DNA of 64,000 nt from the human T2T-CHM13v2.0 reference genome, Homo sapiens. The position numbers were made by a program, and so were the translations under genes. Below, piece by piece: positions 13,839 to 27,479 of the stretch. The stretch lies in NCBI RefSeq assembly GCF_009914755.1, contig NC_060932.1. One strand, given 5' to 3'. The notes beneath the pieces were generated by a model that saw only the letters and a program-made list of their open reading frames with translations, had not been told where the DNA came from and made no database searches. Each line of letters opens with the position of its first letter. Position 1 is the stretch's first letter.

Positions 13839-16620
13839 TGTAGTGGTCATGAAAAGTCACTGCTCAGATCTCCAGCTGCAGAGAGCATAGTTAACTGATG
13901 GCTTCATCTACTGCCCCAGTGGGTCTGACACTGTCTGTGCTAAGGCCATACTTCTTGCAAGCTACCCTGAGCTAATGACTGAGCACAGAGAACGTAATAA
14001 GACGAGCCCATTATTGCTAGATGCTGGACTCTTCCTGTGTGTGTCTTTGGATCAAAGACCTGCCCCATCTTTTGGTTAGTTCAATCATTCTTAGAACTGT
14101 GCTGCTAGTGTTGCTATTTGTGATTCCTCCTACCCTGTCCTCTTTATTTCCCTCCCTCCTTACACAGGAGTCACTCTAAAGGTTCCCTCTACCTTCTCCT
14201 GTTCCCTTTTCAAATCTCTTACATGCATTATCTCATATTGGTAAGTGCTTCTCAGCAGACCTAAATAAACACAGTGGTTATGAGAGGGATCCAAGAAAGC
14301 AGGTGATAGGATGAGGATATGAGACTATCTTACCAAGCACCTAGTGGACAAAGAAGATGCCATCCTCAGCGGATCATCCCTGCCACAAATTGGTTGCTCA
14401 GTTGCTAAATATTTCAGCAGTGGTAACTTGGGAAAGCATACCAAGAAGGGGAATGCCTTGCAGGTTTGATGACTCAGATATTTGAGAGATATGGAAGTGA
14501 GGGGAATGTTTACAAAAACAGCAGCATTGGCTTGTTAGTACCAAGTTGTATTGTCATCTTACAGAGGAATAATAAGAAATTGAGAGCTGTTAAAAGCTAA
14601 GTGTGGGAACCAGAAAGCCTCTTTGGTAGCTTCTAATGAGTACGTTATCTTCTGAGCAGAAAAGCAGACACAACTGCGCAGAAAAACAAAGATTTGACGA
14701 GTCACAGAGCTCCAGAGGTGTTTGAATGTTCATCATTTCAGACAGGCCTGTTATGTTAAATTCAGCCTTCTGGATTGGAAACCCACAATCCAGAAACAGA
14801 GAAAGGACATTTGGGGTGAAACTCCTGCATAGGTTGGCTCTGCAGATCCTCTAGAAAAGTAGTTAACCTTTTGCTATAATGCTCTGCAGAGGCCTTATCC
14901 GTGTAAGATAACAGGTGTCTCACTCAGGAACTCCTCCTTGTTCCTCTTCTGGCTCCCAGGCTAATTAAGTTTAAATTCCAGCATATCCCATCTGCTGGGC
15001 CTGAGAAGGGAAAGTTTATAATCTGAAGGCATTGTGAAACTTAGTTATAGTGTACTGGTAGGAGCCAGGGGAGTGTACCTGAGATTAGATTTTCAGGGTG
15101 CTTTATAAAAGAACTAGAATGTAAAATAGGACAAATAATAATTTATTAGCTTGGTGGCACTTTCTTTGGAAAAGGAATTTAAAACCCTGGCAGGAACCAT
15201 AGGGGAGGAGATAAGTTTACTATTAAGATGGCTCCTTAGAAGCTTAATAAAATTGAGAGCCAGTGCTGAGCCCCCAATACGACATGCTTCCTTAAGGAGA
15301 CCAACAAGTCAGTATGTGGCAATCAACTATATTATAATATCCATATAGTATAATCGTCTGTCCTGGAAAGGCCAGCAACTTGCCTTCACAGGGATGGATT
15401 AATATTCTGTATGTAATTTTTTCTTTGCCATCCACAGAGCTCAGGCAGCACTACTATCGTGGGACTATGGGATGCCTGTTCACAGACATCGAATCCCACA
15501 TTCCACACATGAAAATGTGGAGGATTAGTTTCATTGGAACCACTGATTAGATCACATACCATACCATGCAGGGAAGAGCTGTCATCACTGAATGCTGGAA
15601 CATCCTGCCAAAGGCAAAGTTTCAGAAGTAACGCTCTGAAAGAATGAGGTGTCATCGTTCAGGATCCACTGTATGTATTAAACCAGAGACCTCTATGCAG
15701 TGCATACAGTGCTGTGTCCCCAGTAAGAATACATGGGTTCAGAAACAAAGGAATTTAAGCAAAAATAGCCCTACATACCACCTTTCCCAATAACTCTGTG
15801 TTTCCTGTCCCACTACTCTACAGTTGCAGGGTTGGAGGTCTTGGTCCCTAAGGAGACTCACTCTTGACAGGGGGCACAGAAAATTTCCCATTGAACTATA
15901 AGTGTCATTTGCTGTCAGGGCACTGGAAACTTTTTATTTCCAGGAATCTGTAAGGAAGGAGTCACCATCATGGCAGAGGTTAACAACTCTGACCAGGAGG
16001 AGGATATAGGCCGCTTTTATACAATGGGACAGGAAGAAATATTTGTGATACTCATGTGATCTTTGGTTGCCTTCCATTACTACCTTGCCCTATTGAAATC
16101 ATGAATGAACAAGAACAGCAATGAAATCTGAAAAAAGTATGATTATTGAGTCCTCACCCCCCTCAAAAAGGGGGTTTTGGGTCACAGTAGTTACCCAGAC
16201 CTCTTGAGGTAATAGGTGAAGTTACAAGAAATTTAGAATGGAAAGTGGAGACAGGCAAGGATGAGTACCAGCTGTGGCCCTGCAGCCAACTATAATGATG
16301 AGACTCTAGTTCATCTCACTAACCTCCCTCTTTTAGGCTTCTCCTTGGGAAGAGAGTCTCACAAGAACTGTGGAGGGGCTGACCTCGAGACCTTCATGGA
16401 GTGGTAGATCTGTACTGCTCCAAGGTGGGCTTTGGTAGCTATGGAAATTTACTGCAGAGATTTCCTGCTGCAGGGAGCATAGCGGCATGATGGCCCCTGC
16501 GCTGCTCCCTGAATCTACCAGTGCATTTGTACCAACACTGTGCTTTTCACTGGCTGCTCCTGGTTAATGACTGGGCATGGCAGGGAATCTAGGGTAGCCC
16601 CGTTCTGCTGATATGTGGGA
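13839..16620 (+). mobile_element. Ancient internally deleted ERVL provirus (LTR16/HERV16-type)
   Basis: 5' LTR ~13839-14272 and partial 3' LTR from 16431 align (ctgcagagagcatag / ctgcagggagcatag; taatgactgagca / taatgactgggca); integrase-like remnant HIPYH...ECWNILPK at ~15550-15615; dUTPase-like remnant GVTIMAEVNNSDQEEDIG at ~15958-16012. Confidence 0.7.
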
Positions 16621-17101
16621 AAACTCATATGGGTGACATGTGAAATATTAAGAATAATTCATAGATGTATAAATATATACACACATACAAATATACATAT
16701 ATATGAAAGAAAAAAAACTTAGTTTCTGTTCTTCCTTTAACGAGTTTTAAATATTCAAAAACCCCAGATATTTCATAATTAAAAATAGGCAGAAGATGTA
16801 AACATGCAGTGGTATAAATAACCAATAAATTAATGAAATATTTTATTCTCTCATAATTAAAGGAATTTAAAAAGAATCTCCCATGATTAAAGAAATAATA
16901 GAAACCACAAGATATATATAATTTTCTCACCTTCCAGATTTACCAAAATGGTTGACTTTATCCAGCATTGGAGAGGATGTTGGGATGTTGGGTAAGCTCA
17001 TATTATATTTTGGGGAGTATTAATTGTAGAAAATGTTGAGAAGGATGATTTCTATTATTTAACAAAATTTTAAGTGATATTTCCTTTGATTCAACAATTC
17101 T

Positions 17102-17406
17102 GGCCAGTTGCTGACTCCTGGAATCCCAGTACTCTGGGAGGCCGAGGTGGGAGGATTGCTTGAGCCCAAGAGTTCAAGATCAGCTGGCAATATAGCAAGA
17201 CCCTTTCTGTACAAAAAAATTTAAAAAGTTTGCCAGGTGTGATGGTGACGTCTGGTAGCCCCAGCTCCTTGAGAGGCCAAGGTGAGAGAATCACTTGAAC
17301 CCAGAAAGTTGAGTCTGCAGTTAGCTGTGATCATGCCACTGCACTTCAGCTTGGGTGACAGAGACAGACTCTGTCTCTCAAAAAATAAAATGAAATTAAA
17401 TAAATA
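17102..17406 (+). mobile_element. AluJ
   Basis: Dimeric Alu with J-type ggaggattgcttgagccc; near-TSD aacaattct/aacaatcct; inserted in an L1M fragment. Confidence 0.9.
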
Positions 17407-17496
17407 AACAATCCTATGTCTAAGAAGTTTTCCGAGTTTCATAAGTGCAAGGACATTGAACTACACCACTGTTTTTAATAGCATAAGCTTCGTGGT

Positions 17497-17730
17497 GGCT
17501 AATACTGATTGTTTATTCTGTATAAAACACTGTTATAAGCACTTTACGTGCATTGGCTGATTTGATCTCCTCAAAAATCTTATGAGGTGGGTAACTTATT
17601 ACTCACATTTTACAGATGAGAATAGTTAGGCACAGAGAGGTTAAGTTACTTGTCCAGGATCTAGTTAGTGGTGGAGATGGAATTGGGCCCAGTCTAGCTC
17701 TGCTGCCCATGCTCTTAACCACTATGCACA
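17497..17730 (-). mobile_element. MIR
   Basis: Core cattttacagatgag...gaggttaagttacttgtcc; ends gctcttaaccactatgc. Confidence 0.85.
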
Positions 17731-17749
17731 TTACTTCTTGGTAAGTCAT

Positions 17750-18025
17750 GGCAGATTCACAATTGCTTAGCCACAATTCTGAATTTCAATTCCAATAACT
17801 GAAAATTGTTTTTATAACTCACTTGGTAGAAACTCTGACTTAACTGAACTCATATGACAGCAGAACATGAAATCAATTGACATGAAGCTATTTATAGTTA
17901 TTATTCACCCCATTTAGCAATATATTAATTAATGATTCACTGCAGAAATATTAACGTGTTCAATTATAGAATGATGTCCCATACCATGCTGAGGATGTTC
18001 TATGATGTATGACATATAAACTCTC
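17750..18025. mobile_element. Old DNA-transposon MITE (Tigger-group-like)
   Basis: Resembles recalled consensus (ctatttatagt...cactgcagaaatattaa); family name uncertain. Confidence 0.4.
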
Positions 18026-18590
18026 TATGGATGGACTAGACAGATACTTAGGAGATAAAATCAACAGTGATGCAAAATTGGGTAAGGAGTGAGGGAGCGG
18101 GACGCTCCAAGAGACTCAAGGGTTAATAACTTGCATTGAGCCATTCACTGAAATAGGAAACATTGCAATGGGATGGATTTGTATAAAATGTGAGTTCAGT
18201 TTGATTTCTCTCTGAGACATCAGCAGGTATATCAAGTAGGCAGTTAGATATATTGATGTGGAAGTCAAGGATAGCTCTCTGCTGGGAAACAAAGTTTGTA
18301 ATTCTGTAGTAGGATTTGTGAAATTCTGCTGAAGTATCAAGTAAGACAGGGCTTGATTAAGCTACTTGTAGGGTATAGATAACATTAGTAAAAACTGTTT
18401 ATGTGGGATGTTACTGTAGAATCTTGGACCAGGAAGTGAGTGGTAGAGTAGAAATGAAGATAAAAAAATACAGTTGATGCTTTTAATAAGTTTTGCTATT
18501 AAGGGTGGAGAGAAAAAAAGTGGTAGTTGTAGGAGGCTCTGAGGCTAGAGTGAAGATTATTGAGACCTGAGCATACTTAAGCACACAAGA

Positions 18591-18884
18591 GCCCGGGCAT
18601 GGTGGCTCACGCGTGTAATCCTGGCACTTTCAGAGACCAAGGTGGGTGGACCAATTGAGGTCAGGAGTTCGAGGCCAACCATGGTGAATCTCAGTATCTA
18701 TTAAAAATACAAAAATTAGCTGGGCGTGGTGGCGGGCACTTGTAATCCAGCTACTCAGGAGGCTTAGGCAGGAGAATCACTTGAACCCAGGAGGTGGAGG
18801 TTGCAGTGAGCCAAGATTGCGCCACTAACCTCCAGCCTGGGTGACAGAGTGAGACTCCGTCTCAAAGAAAAAAAAGAAAAAAGA
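18591..18884 (+). mobile_element. AluS
   Basis: Dimeric Alu with A-rich tail; lies within L2 remnants (~18030-19300). Confidence 0.92.
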
Positions 18885-19489
18885 ACACACGATGGCAAAG
18901 ACATACTCAGCGTGCAGGTTTTGAGTAAATGCAATAGAGTAAGCTCTAGAATGCTAATGGAGGGATAGGCCTTAGGAGGAAGAAATGGTATTCTCTTCTT
19001 TTAGGAAGGAAGGAAGATAGCATGTGTGTAGATTCTTATGTACACAGGTCTCAATGTTTTAAATCAAGAAGATAAAAAGATTCTATCAGTTAGCCTCAAG
19101 TTAGTACCTCATCTTCTGCGCCATGAGTGTGGGTTACACTTGGAGGTTTCATGAGAGGAGAAAAATTTTGAAATAATTCTTGCCAATTGTGGCAGATCAT
19201 CAAACAGATTAGCAGAATATTGCCGTGCAGGTTTGAGAGTCTGTTGAAATAAGAGTTAATGGTTTAATATGATAGCAAAGTGCAGCACTTTCTCCAGAAA
19301 GGCTTTCTCCTAGTAAGGCTATTAGGGTACAAGAGTATAAATACCTGCTATAGAGAGGGCTATGTCACACCAGAAGACCTATCTCGGTTTAATCAAGGAA
19401 AATTAGCTGCTAAATTCAAAAAAGTAGAGTTGCTCATTTCTAAATAATCATTGTAGCCAAAATACTAAAATGAAAGTTATAGAATGGAG

Positions 19490-19670
19490 TTTAAACAGAG
19501 CTTGGGCTCGCAGGCCAGGCGGCCTTGGTTGGAATTCCAGCTCTGCATTTACTTAGCTGAATATCCTTGGACAAATTGGTTCACCTTCCGGTGCCACCAC
19601 TGTCTCATCTGTAAATTGGGCTAATTAATGGAAAATAGAACAGTGCTTGCACGTAATAAGTGCTCAGAAG
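19490..19670 (+). mobile_element. MIR
   Basis: gagcttgggct...ttccagctctgcatttacttagctg...tctcatctgtaaattggg. Confidence 0.75.
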
Positions 19671-20921
19671 TGTGGCACCCTGCTCAGGGCTTCATAAAGA
19701 GTAAGTCAAGGAACCAACAAACCCAAGAGTCTGGCTTGAGTCTAGGTTCTTAAATATTATTCAGGGACTGTTCAGAAAGGCCAAATGTTAGCTGCAATTT
19801 AAAAAATTTAAGTATGACTTTCAAAAGTATGCCTTCATTTTTTGTTTGTTCATTCAAAATCAATAAAGAATAAATACTTTAAAAAACATTCTCTTTCAAG
19901 ACTGTCCTTGGGTGATACAATGGATTGACATTTTTATAACAATAGGCTACATCTAGATTTCACTCAACGTGGTGGCATTTAGATGTCAATAAATGTGAGT
20001 GTTTGATACTATCTTTATTAGCACAAAACTAAGTCTCTTAGGAAAATACAACAGTCATTTGAATGGATAAAATTGGTAGATAATAGAAAAATTTGTGTTT
20101 GTATCTCTCAAGAAAAAGTGTTACCCAAATCGGTTTTTAGGCTTTGAAGCCAAATCTATAAAATAATCACATTCTCACAACAATTATACTGGGGTTTTTG
20201 GTTAGAAGGATAACACAATATATCAGTCCATATGTATATACCTAACTTCCTGTGGTGTGTCTTCAAAATAAGAAAAAGAAATTAATTGAAGAATTATGGA
20301 ACAAAAAGTGCAGATTTTCTTTTACTCCAATTAGTAGGGTCAAGTCAAAAGTGAAAAAAATTAAAAGGGAAAATAAAAGTGAATACCACAGTAAATAGTA
20401 AATATACCAAAAAATCCTTCTAGAATACACTAAAGCTATCCAAAGAGATAAATGTCCTCTAAACATTTTTTTTTGTTTTATAAGATAAAACAAAAGTTTA
20501 GGAAAGTTTAGAAGTGGATCCTGTTTAGTCAGATTTTAAAATTTCACCGATTTTAGGAACCATTTTCTGTTAAATCATATAAACACAAATAATAATACAG
20601 TTTACAATGAGGTACTATTTAACATCTTTAAAAAATGAAGAATAAGTTTAAGTAGTGGAATGACACACTAGTCTAATGATTTCACTAAATCCTCTTTCCA
20701 ATTCCCACAGCTTTGACATCATTAATAACCTTCTCATTTTGGAAGCCTGAAGGGCTCATAATTTTTATTATAATAGCTTTCATATTTCTATTTTTATATT
20801 ATTTTAGATTATGCCTCTTTCTTTTTTCCCTGAAATGTGGCTCCCTCTATGGATACTCTTTGGTCTTCTTTCAATTTTTCTGCACATTTCCTCTAATGAT
20901 TGTTACAGCTTGAATTCCATA

Positions 20922-21514
20922 TGTGAAAATAAGTAATTCACAATCTAAGCTGTTGGAACTTAAAAATATTTTGAGCCTTAAGGGAATGTAATTATGAAAC
21001 CTGAGTCACAAAAACAGGCAGCTATAACCTAGGCAGCTGTAACATTTGTTTTTCTGATTATATGTTAGCATTTTTACTTACATTGTTTTATAAAATATTG
21101 TAAATGACTGACAGGTGCTGGGGAAGACTTCTTCCCTCCTACCTATTGGTCTTAATTACAAATTATCTTCTCTCTTTCCTCTCTCCCACAAAGACTTCAT
21201 GAGTATCACATTGTTTAAGAGAGAATGTTAAAAACATTCTTTTGAATTAGAAAGAAAAATAAAGCAAGATGTGTGAAAAAGAAGACAAACTGCAGCTAAA
21301 TTGTTATAACTCATAAACTGGCCTTGTATAGAAAATGTTACAATCCTACAAAATTTCATTGTTTTCTACCTATATAAGCGGACCTTAACTTTTAGCTTTG
21401 GAGTACTGATCCCATTCCTCTGAAGTCTGTTACCTGAATGGCTATTCTTAGCTTTACACTTGAATAAACTCTTTTAATCTGGATTCTGATCCTTTCAATT
21501 ATTTCACCTTGGCA
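20922..21514 (+). mobile_element. ERV1 solo LTR (MER34-like)
   Basis: tgtgaaaataagtaattcacaatctaagctgttggaact...; TATA-like tatataag at ~21371; AATAAA at ~21463; CA end. Confidence 0.7.
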
Positions 21515-21719
21515 CTGATAAACTTGCAAAACCTTCTTAACAGTCCTAATTGTTCACAGGAGTAACATTCTATCACATTTGCTCTATTACATAGACTATT
21601 CAGGCGACTCATATCCCATCACCTTTTCCATATTTTCATGGTTAGCTATAATTTTATGATGCACCTAGGTTCATAAGTGAGTCTGTATTTTTCCTTTTTC
21701 TATCTCCTTTATCTGTTTT

Positions 21720-22380
21720 TGTAATTTATAAAATCAATAGAAATCCAAAAAATATTTTGGACTTAACCAAAAACATAGGATCTTTATGATGAAAGTGAAC
21801 ATATAGAAAGACATTTCATGATCTTGGATGGATTACTTAGTATTACATAAATATACATTCTTAACAAATTATATATTACATACAAATAAATAAAAATGTA
21901 TAAATAAAAATATTACAAAGACAGTAATAAAAGTAGTGTAGATTAGTGCAAGAACAGAACAGATCAATGCAAAAGATTAGAGAACAACAGAGACAGACCT
22001 CTGTATAAAGGTAATTTGTGGAGATATACAAACATACCCAAGAATGACTCCTAAGTCAATGGGAAATAGATGTATTGTAAAAAACAAAATAAGGCTGTCC
22101 AACTCTATGGAAAAATAATAAAACTTAATTCCTACTGAGTACGATGTGATCTCTATTTAAATTAAACCTCACTATGACAGGTAAAACAATAACCATTCAT
22201 GAAAAAGTCTCCTCTCTAATAAAAATCTTAAATTTTCAAAGCATAACTCATAAGGCAAAGAAATTTATGAATTTAATTCCATTCAAATAAAACATTTCTT
22301 TCAAAAAGGGAAGAAGTTAATAGACAAATGGCAAAATGACAGAAGAGATTTGCAATCTTAGCGCCTACTAAGGTTTTAAG
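21720..22380 (+). mobile_element. Old L1M ORF2 fragments
   Basis: A-rich degenerate matches to L1 ORF2 (acagatcaatg..., aagacatttcatgatcttggat). Confidence 0.55.
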
Positions 22381-22557
22381 ATTTCTTAGTCATTAAAATG
22401 TCTTATCTTTACAAAAAATTATTTAGTTTACGAAAGCTTTTAAAATGGAATTTTATTCTTTTACCATAAATGTATATTCTTTTAGCATTTAAAAATGATT
22501 ATTGCAAGATAGGTTGTATGAATGTATAATACCAGTGGAGAAAATAAACATTGTGTT

Positions 22558-22614
22558 TTAAACTGATAAGAAGAGATACTACACTTGATCTTAGCCAAAA
22601 GGCTGAGATGTGAT
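22558..22614 (-). pseudogene. RNU2: U2 snRNA 3'-truncated (nt 1-57) tailless retropseudogene
   Basis: Reverse complement ATCACATCTCAGCCTTTTGGCTAAGATCAAGTGTAGTATCTCTTCTTATCAGTTTAA equals U2 nt 1-57 with 4 substitutions; TSD AACATTGTGTTTTA at 22547-22560 and 22616-22629. Confidence 0.95.
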
Positions 22615-23366
22615 TAACATTGTGTTTTATAGAGAGTGGTTCAATAGCCATTCCCATTAGAACCTGGAGAATTGGTTAAAACATATTCCCAGTTCTACAC
22701 CAGCCCTATTTAAATTCACTGTGATACTAGATAGTTTTCCCCCATGCTGTAGGAAGTGAGGTCTGTCCTTTCTTCTAGCTATGACTGTAGTAAGATTAGT
22801 TTCTTCCTAGGAGACTCTACAGGGATGTACAATTTCTTGCAAAGGTTGATCCTAAAATTTGTTCTCCAAAGATTTTTACCATTCTTTAGCTACTTGCAGT
22901 TATTTCCATAGTAGTTTAATTGTATTTTCTCTGTAGAGGAGGTACAGTTGATTTTATGGAACTGTGTTTTCTTTGGACAGGTTGAACATGAGTAGCTATA
23001 TGTTTTAAAAATCCATAATCTGACAAAATTGCTGTTTTTCTCATAGTATGTCCTATCCTAAATGATATTGCTGGTGGAAGGATGAGCAGAAAAGTAGGTA
23101 CAGTATGACAAGAAAAATAAAAACATTTGGGGGAATAAAGATGGCCATTTTCCCACAATGATGCTTTAGACCTTGGTGGTTCTGAGTGCCTACTGCTTAA
23201 GAATAGGTATCTCTTACCCATTTTCAAATTGGAAAATTTAAAGAATTTTAGGATTAAAGAGAACAGCATTTTGTATATTGTTATAATCCTGCTACCATCT
23301 TGGTAGCTACTTTGCTGATTACATGTTAGGGTGATCAATGTTGATTTTCAAGTGATTAGGGAAGAT

Positions 23367-23577
23367 TAGGGGTATTCAAACTTTCTGTAAAGGGCCAGAA
23401 GATAAATAATTTAAATTTTGTGGGCCATATGCTCTCTGTCACAACCACTCAACTCTGCCATTGTAGTGTGAAAATAGCCATAGACAATACACAAACAATG
23501 GGCATGGCTTTGTTCCAATAAAACTTTATAAGAACAGACAGTAGATTTGGCCCAAAGCCATAGTTTCCACACCTCTG
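23367..23577 (+). mobile_element. MER58A hAT-Charlie MITE
   Basis: aaactttctgtaaagggccag...actcaactctgccattgtagtgtgaaa...gttccaataaaacttta; degenerate TIRs. Confidence 0.88.
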
Positions 23578-25089
23578 GTCCAGATATAAGCATGTTGGCT
23601 CATGTTTGGTTGTGGTATGTGTGTCAGGAGTGGTTGTCCTTCCATAAAGATCAAGAGTCTGGCAATGAGCTGAGGGACTTGTGTTGGTAACAGAAAAATA
23701 AATGTCTTGGGATAGAGATTTATCCACACAAATAAAGTCAGGGTTAATTGAATGAAAATGTGTTTACAGTGACAAATTAATGCCCTTACAGCATTAAAGA
23801 AAGATAAACTAGTGGATTTCTATTTCCATGGAGATTTTATGTAACACAATGGCCTTTTCACTGTGCCATTTTATGTAATTATCATTAGCACAGAGGCTAT
23901 TAATTCAATATAATCAAGGAATGTAAAGGTCAGCTAACATTGTGCTATGTCCAGCACTAAATATTTCTCTCAATTTTTCCATATTTTATAATTGAGTTTT
24001 CTTGTCAGACTTTTCAATATTATTTTGAGATTTGGCTCTTCCTGCCAAAATGAAGTGAAATTATTAACAAGAAATTGTCAGCATTCATTCACATTAAAAA
24101 TTCCATTTAATACATACTTTTTCTGTTACATTAAGCAGAAGAGGCTTTCATTTATCTCAAATGTACCCATACTTGCTGTGGGTGAATGCAAGGAACATCA
24201 CTTATTGATCTCAGTCAGAATTAATGAGCAATAGTTACTTGTGAGCCCGTGTTCTTTTGTCATCTTTCTTCTTCTCTTGCCCAGTGACTCAAACCACCAT
24301 TATAATGGGCTTCCTCTGTACATTTATCATGTCTTTACTGATTGGGCTGTATTTGAAAGTCAGACACTTTGAGCTTGTAACCCTGACTTTCACATGTCAG
24401 CCACATGTATAGTGTTGTGTTTTTAAAACATGGCACTCTATTACTCTCCAGTTTCTCCACAAGTGAAATAAACTTAGAAAATACATTTTTATATAATATA
24501 TGACACTAAAAAAGTAAACTAATTAAAAAATTACTTAACAGGGAAAATAAAAATTGCTAAAAGCACTATCTTATTATTGAGCCCCATGCCTGAAAGAATT
24601 TCCTAGAGGTCTCGGTTCATCTTCGTAAGATCTATGTTTAAAGCATGCCAGAAAAATGTGTGCTAATTTTATGAAATTTCTTGGAAAGCAGATTGGATTT
24701 CATCATGTCACTACTCTTTGAGGAGTAGTATACTCAATATGGTACAGCATACTGACAGAAGCAAACAACCTATAGGTCATGTGATTACTAATGCTTACCT
24801 CCTCTACTTCACAGTCCTTACACAATTTTTTTCCCATTTATTTCACAATCTTTATTTTCTCTTTTTTTCCATATCCACTTTCATCACTGGAGTTTCAGCA
24901 CTTATTGTTACCTAGTTTACTGAATTTATCTTCTGATTAGTCATCAAAACATCAGCCTTGACTTCTGTAATTCATCCTTCACACTATCATCAAAATGACT
25001 TTTCTTGCAAAAATGATTGTTACTTTCCTGCTCAAAAGTCTTCAAAGATTTCTAATTGTTTACAGGAAGAAAATTTAGACTACTAGGCT

Positions 25090-25545
25090 GCTATTTTAGG
25101 CATGCTGTCTTAGGAAAGCAGAGCTTAAGACCAAGATCTTCATGCACATGGTTTATTTGGGAAGTGATCCAGGGAGCAGGAACCTTTTGAGGAATCTTAG
25201 GTTCTCAGATTCTCAAATGTATTGAAGAGCTCCCTGCTGGAGACTAAAAAGGGAAGTATTTGTTCTTCAGTTCCTTTTCCTTCCTGGTGAAGGGGAGCTC
25301 TGTGGGTTTCAATGGCCCTACCCATCTGGCTTGTACACGCATAATTGCCACATGTGATCCTACGGATGTCTCTAGCATATTATCAGAGAATGTCCTGGAC
25401 AGGAAGTAAGAAGTATGGGACATGGGAAGGCAACATCCTGTAAGAATGCTCCTGCCCAAAGTATGCGTGGAAATGATTTCCACAGTAGTGGCTGGAGTTA
25501 GAGATGGGGCTATTAGGATTTGAAGTAGTACCCAAGAATTGTCAA
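25090..25545 (-). mobile_element. ERVL LTR fragment (LTR33/LTR16-like)
   Basis: ggtttatttgggaagtgatccagggagcagg is typical of this group. Confidence 0.5.
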
Positions 25546-25664
25546 AATCATGTGGCATAAAAATGCTTCTTACATTATGTGACTTGAATTGCTATCCAAT
25601 CTGATATTTCATCATTCTTTTTCTATGCCCAGACCAAATGTATAGAGGCTACTAACTTGCTTAT

Positions 25665-26260
25665 TAATTAATTTATTCATTAAAAGTTTGTTGAGCGAGA
25701 TTGTGTATCAGGTAACCTTTTAGATATTGGGGATGCAGAGAAGTTTCCAGGCCTCATGCAGGTTGTATTTGACTTGGAGGAGGCAAATAACAAACATGGA
25801 AATATATGAATGTGACGATTTCAGTTAGTGGTAAGGGTGATAAAGATAATAAAGCAAGGCAATAAGATAAGTAGAGTAGAGGAAGGGCTGAGTGAAATCC
25901 TGTCCCTGGAAATTATATTTGACCTGCAGTTTAAAGGATGAAAGTGAAAAACCTATGCAAGAATCTGGGGACAGTATGCTGCAGGTGAAGATAATAAAAG
26001 TGCAAAAAATCTAGAGCTGCAAATCAGTTTTGTGTGTTCTAAAGGGAGGGAGAAGGCTATATGGTTAAAGTCTAGTGAATAGAAGAGAGAGTGAAGAGAA
26101 GAAGAAATATAGATAGGACTAGAATTTGTAGATTCCTTTAAGTCAAGGTAAAAAGTTTGGATTTTAGTAAAATTTCATTGAAATATCACTGAAGGGATTT
26201 AAGAAGAGAAGAAATATGATATGATTTGCATTTCATAAAAATGCCTCTGGCTACTATAAG
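25665..26260 (-). mobile_element. L2 3' portion
   Basis: (attc)-like tail then typical L2 3' text (ttgagc...tagatattggggat..., cactgaagggatttaag). Confidence 0.7.
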
Positions 26261-27479
26261 GATTTCCCTGGGACTTGAACCTTTCCCACCCTGTGCCATT
26301 GAAGATGCTGCCTTTATAATACATATCACCGTTTGAATGTGTTTTCCTTACAGGATGTAACTCTTCTTGAGAGAGGGCACCATGTCTTCATATTTTTGTA
26401 GACAGTGCACCTCACATATTACAATTACTAAATACATGATTGATAATAAATGTTATAAGATGGATGAATGAATGCAGATTTACAAGGGTGTTTCAATAAG
26501 TGATAGTAGAATATGAAGACTACACAGCATACAGAGTAGTGGTTTTTCTGAACTATTATTCATTGCCCGAATATTTTCTAGTCCTCTATATCTAAGTCTT
26601 AAGATGACTGTGTTGTTCGCTTATGTTCGACTTGTGACTTACTCTGCTTTCAGGTCGTTCCCTCCTCTTCCACTGAATAGCTTAGATGTTTTTCACTGTG
26701 AAGTTAATTTTATTTCAGTAAGTACAAGAGAAGTAGTAGAGTATAGGTTTAAGAGTACAGAAATTTGAGTAAGGAAACAAGAATTTAAAGGGTGAATTAA
26801 AATATGAACTTGAGACAGTGCAAGGAAGATCCAGTGTTCTAAAAAGGCATTGGTGACTTTGAAAATCTTTTCAGAATGTAGAAATAGGACAGCCTCGCAG
26901 GTGTTTGAGCTGTATAGTTAGATTTGCGATTCAATCATGAATGTACTATTCATTAGCTCAGTGACCTTGAGTAAGTCACTTAATCTTAATAAACCTCAAT
27001 TTCTTCATGTATTTTATGTGAATAACAGTGTATACTCCATAGGATCCTTGTGAGGTTTAAGTAACCTAATTGTATATGAAATGCTTAGGACAATTTTGGA
27101 CACATTTTATACTCTCTAAACTGGTAGTATTATTCTTAGTAACCAAAATATGTCTTGAAAGAGAATGACACAGTAATAGCCTTTTCCAACTGTAGTGATT
27201 AAATTAATTATTGGTTGCTGATATTTCCAGGAGAGTTGATTTGCAGGGTATTTTTGTTGAGGCACAGAGCTATAGTCCAAGCTCCTTTGATTTCTGTTTT
27301 GATTTCCAACCTAGGGTCAAAATAAGTCAATTTGTGAATCTTGCAATGAATCCATTATCCTTAAGGAGGGAGCATTTGGAAGACAAATTATAAAATTAAA
27401 AAGAATTCAGAATATTGCTGAGTAGAACTATAATCCTATTTCTCTATGTAATTTTACATATGCAATTTTAGAATAATTC

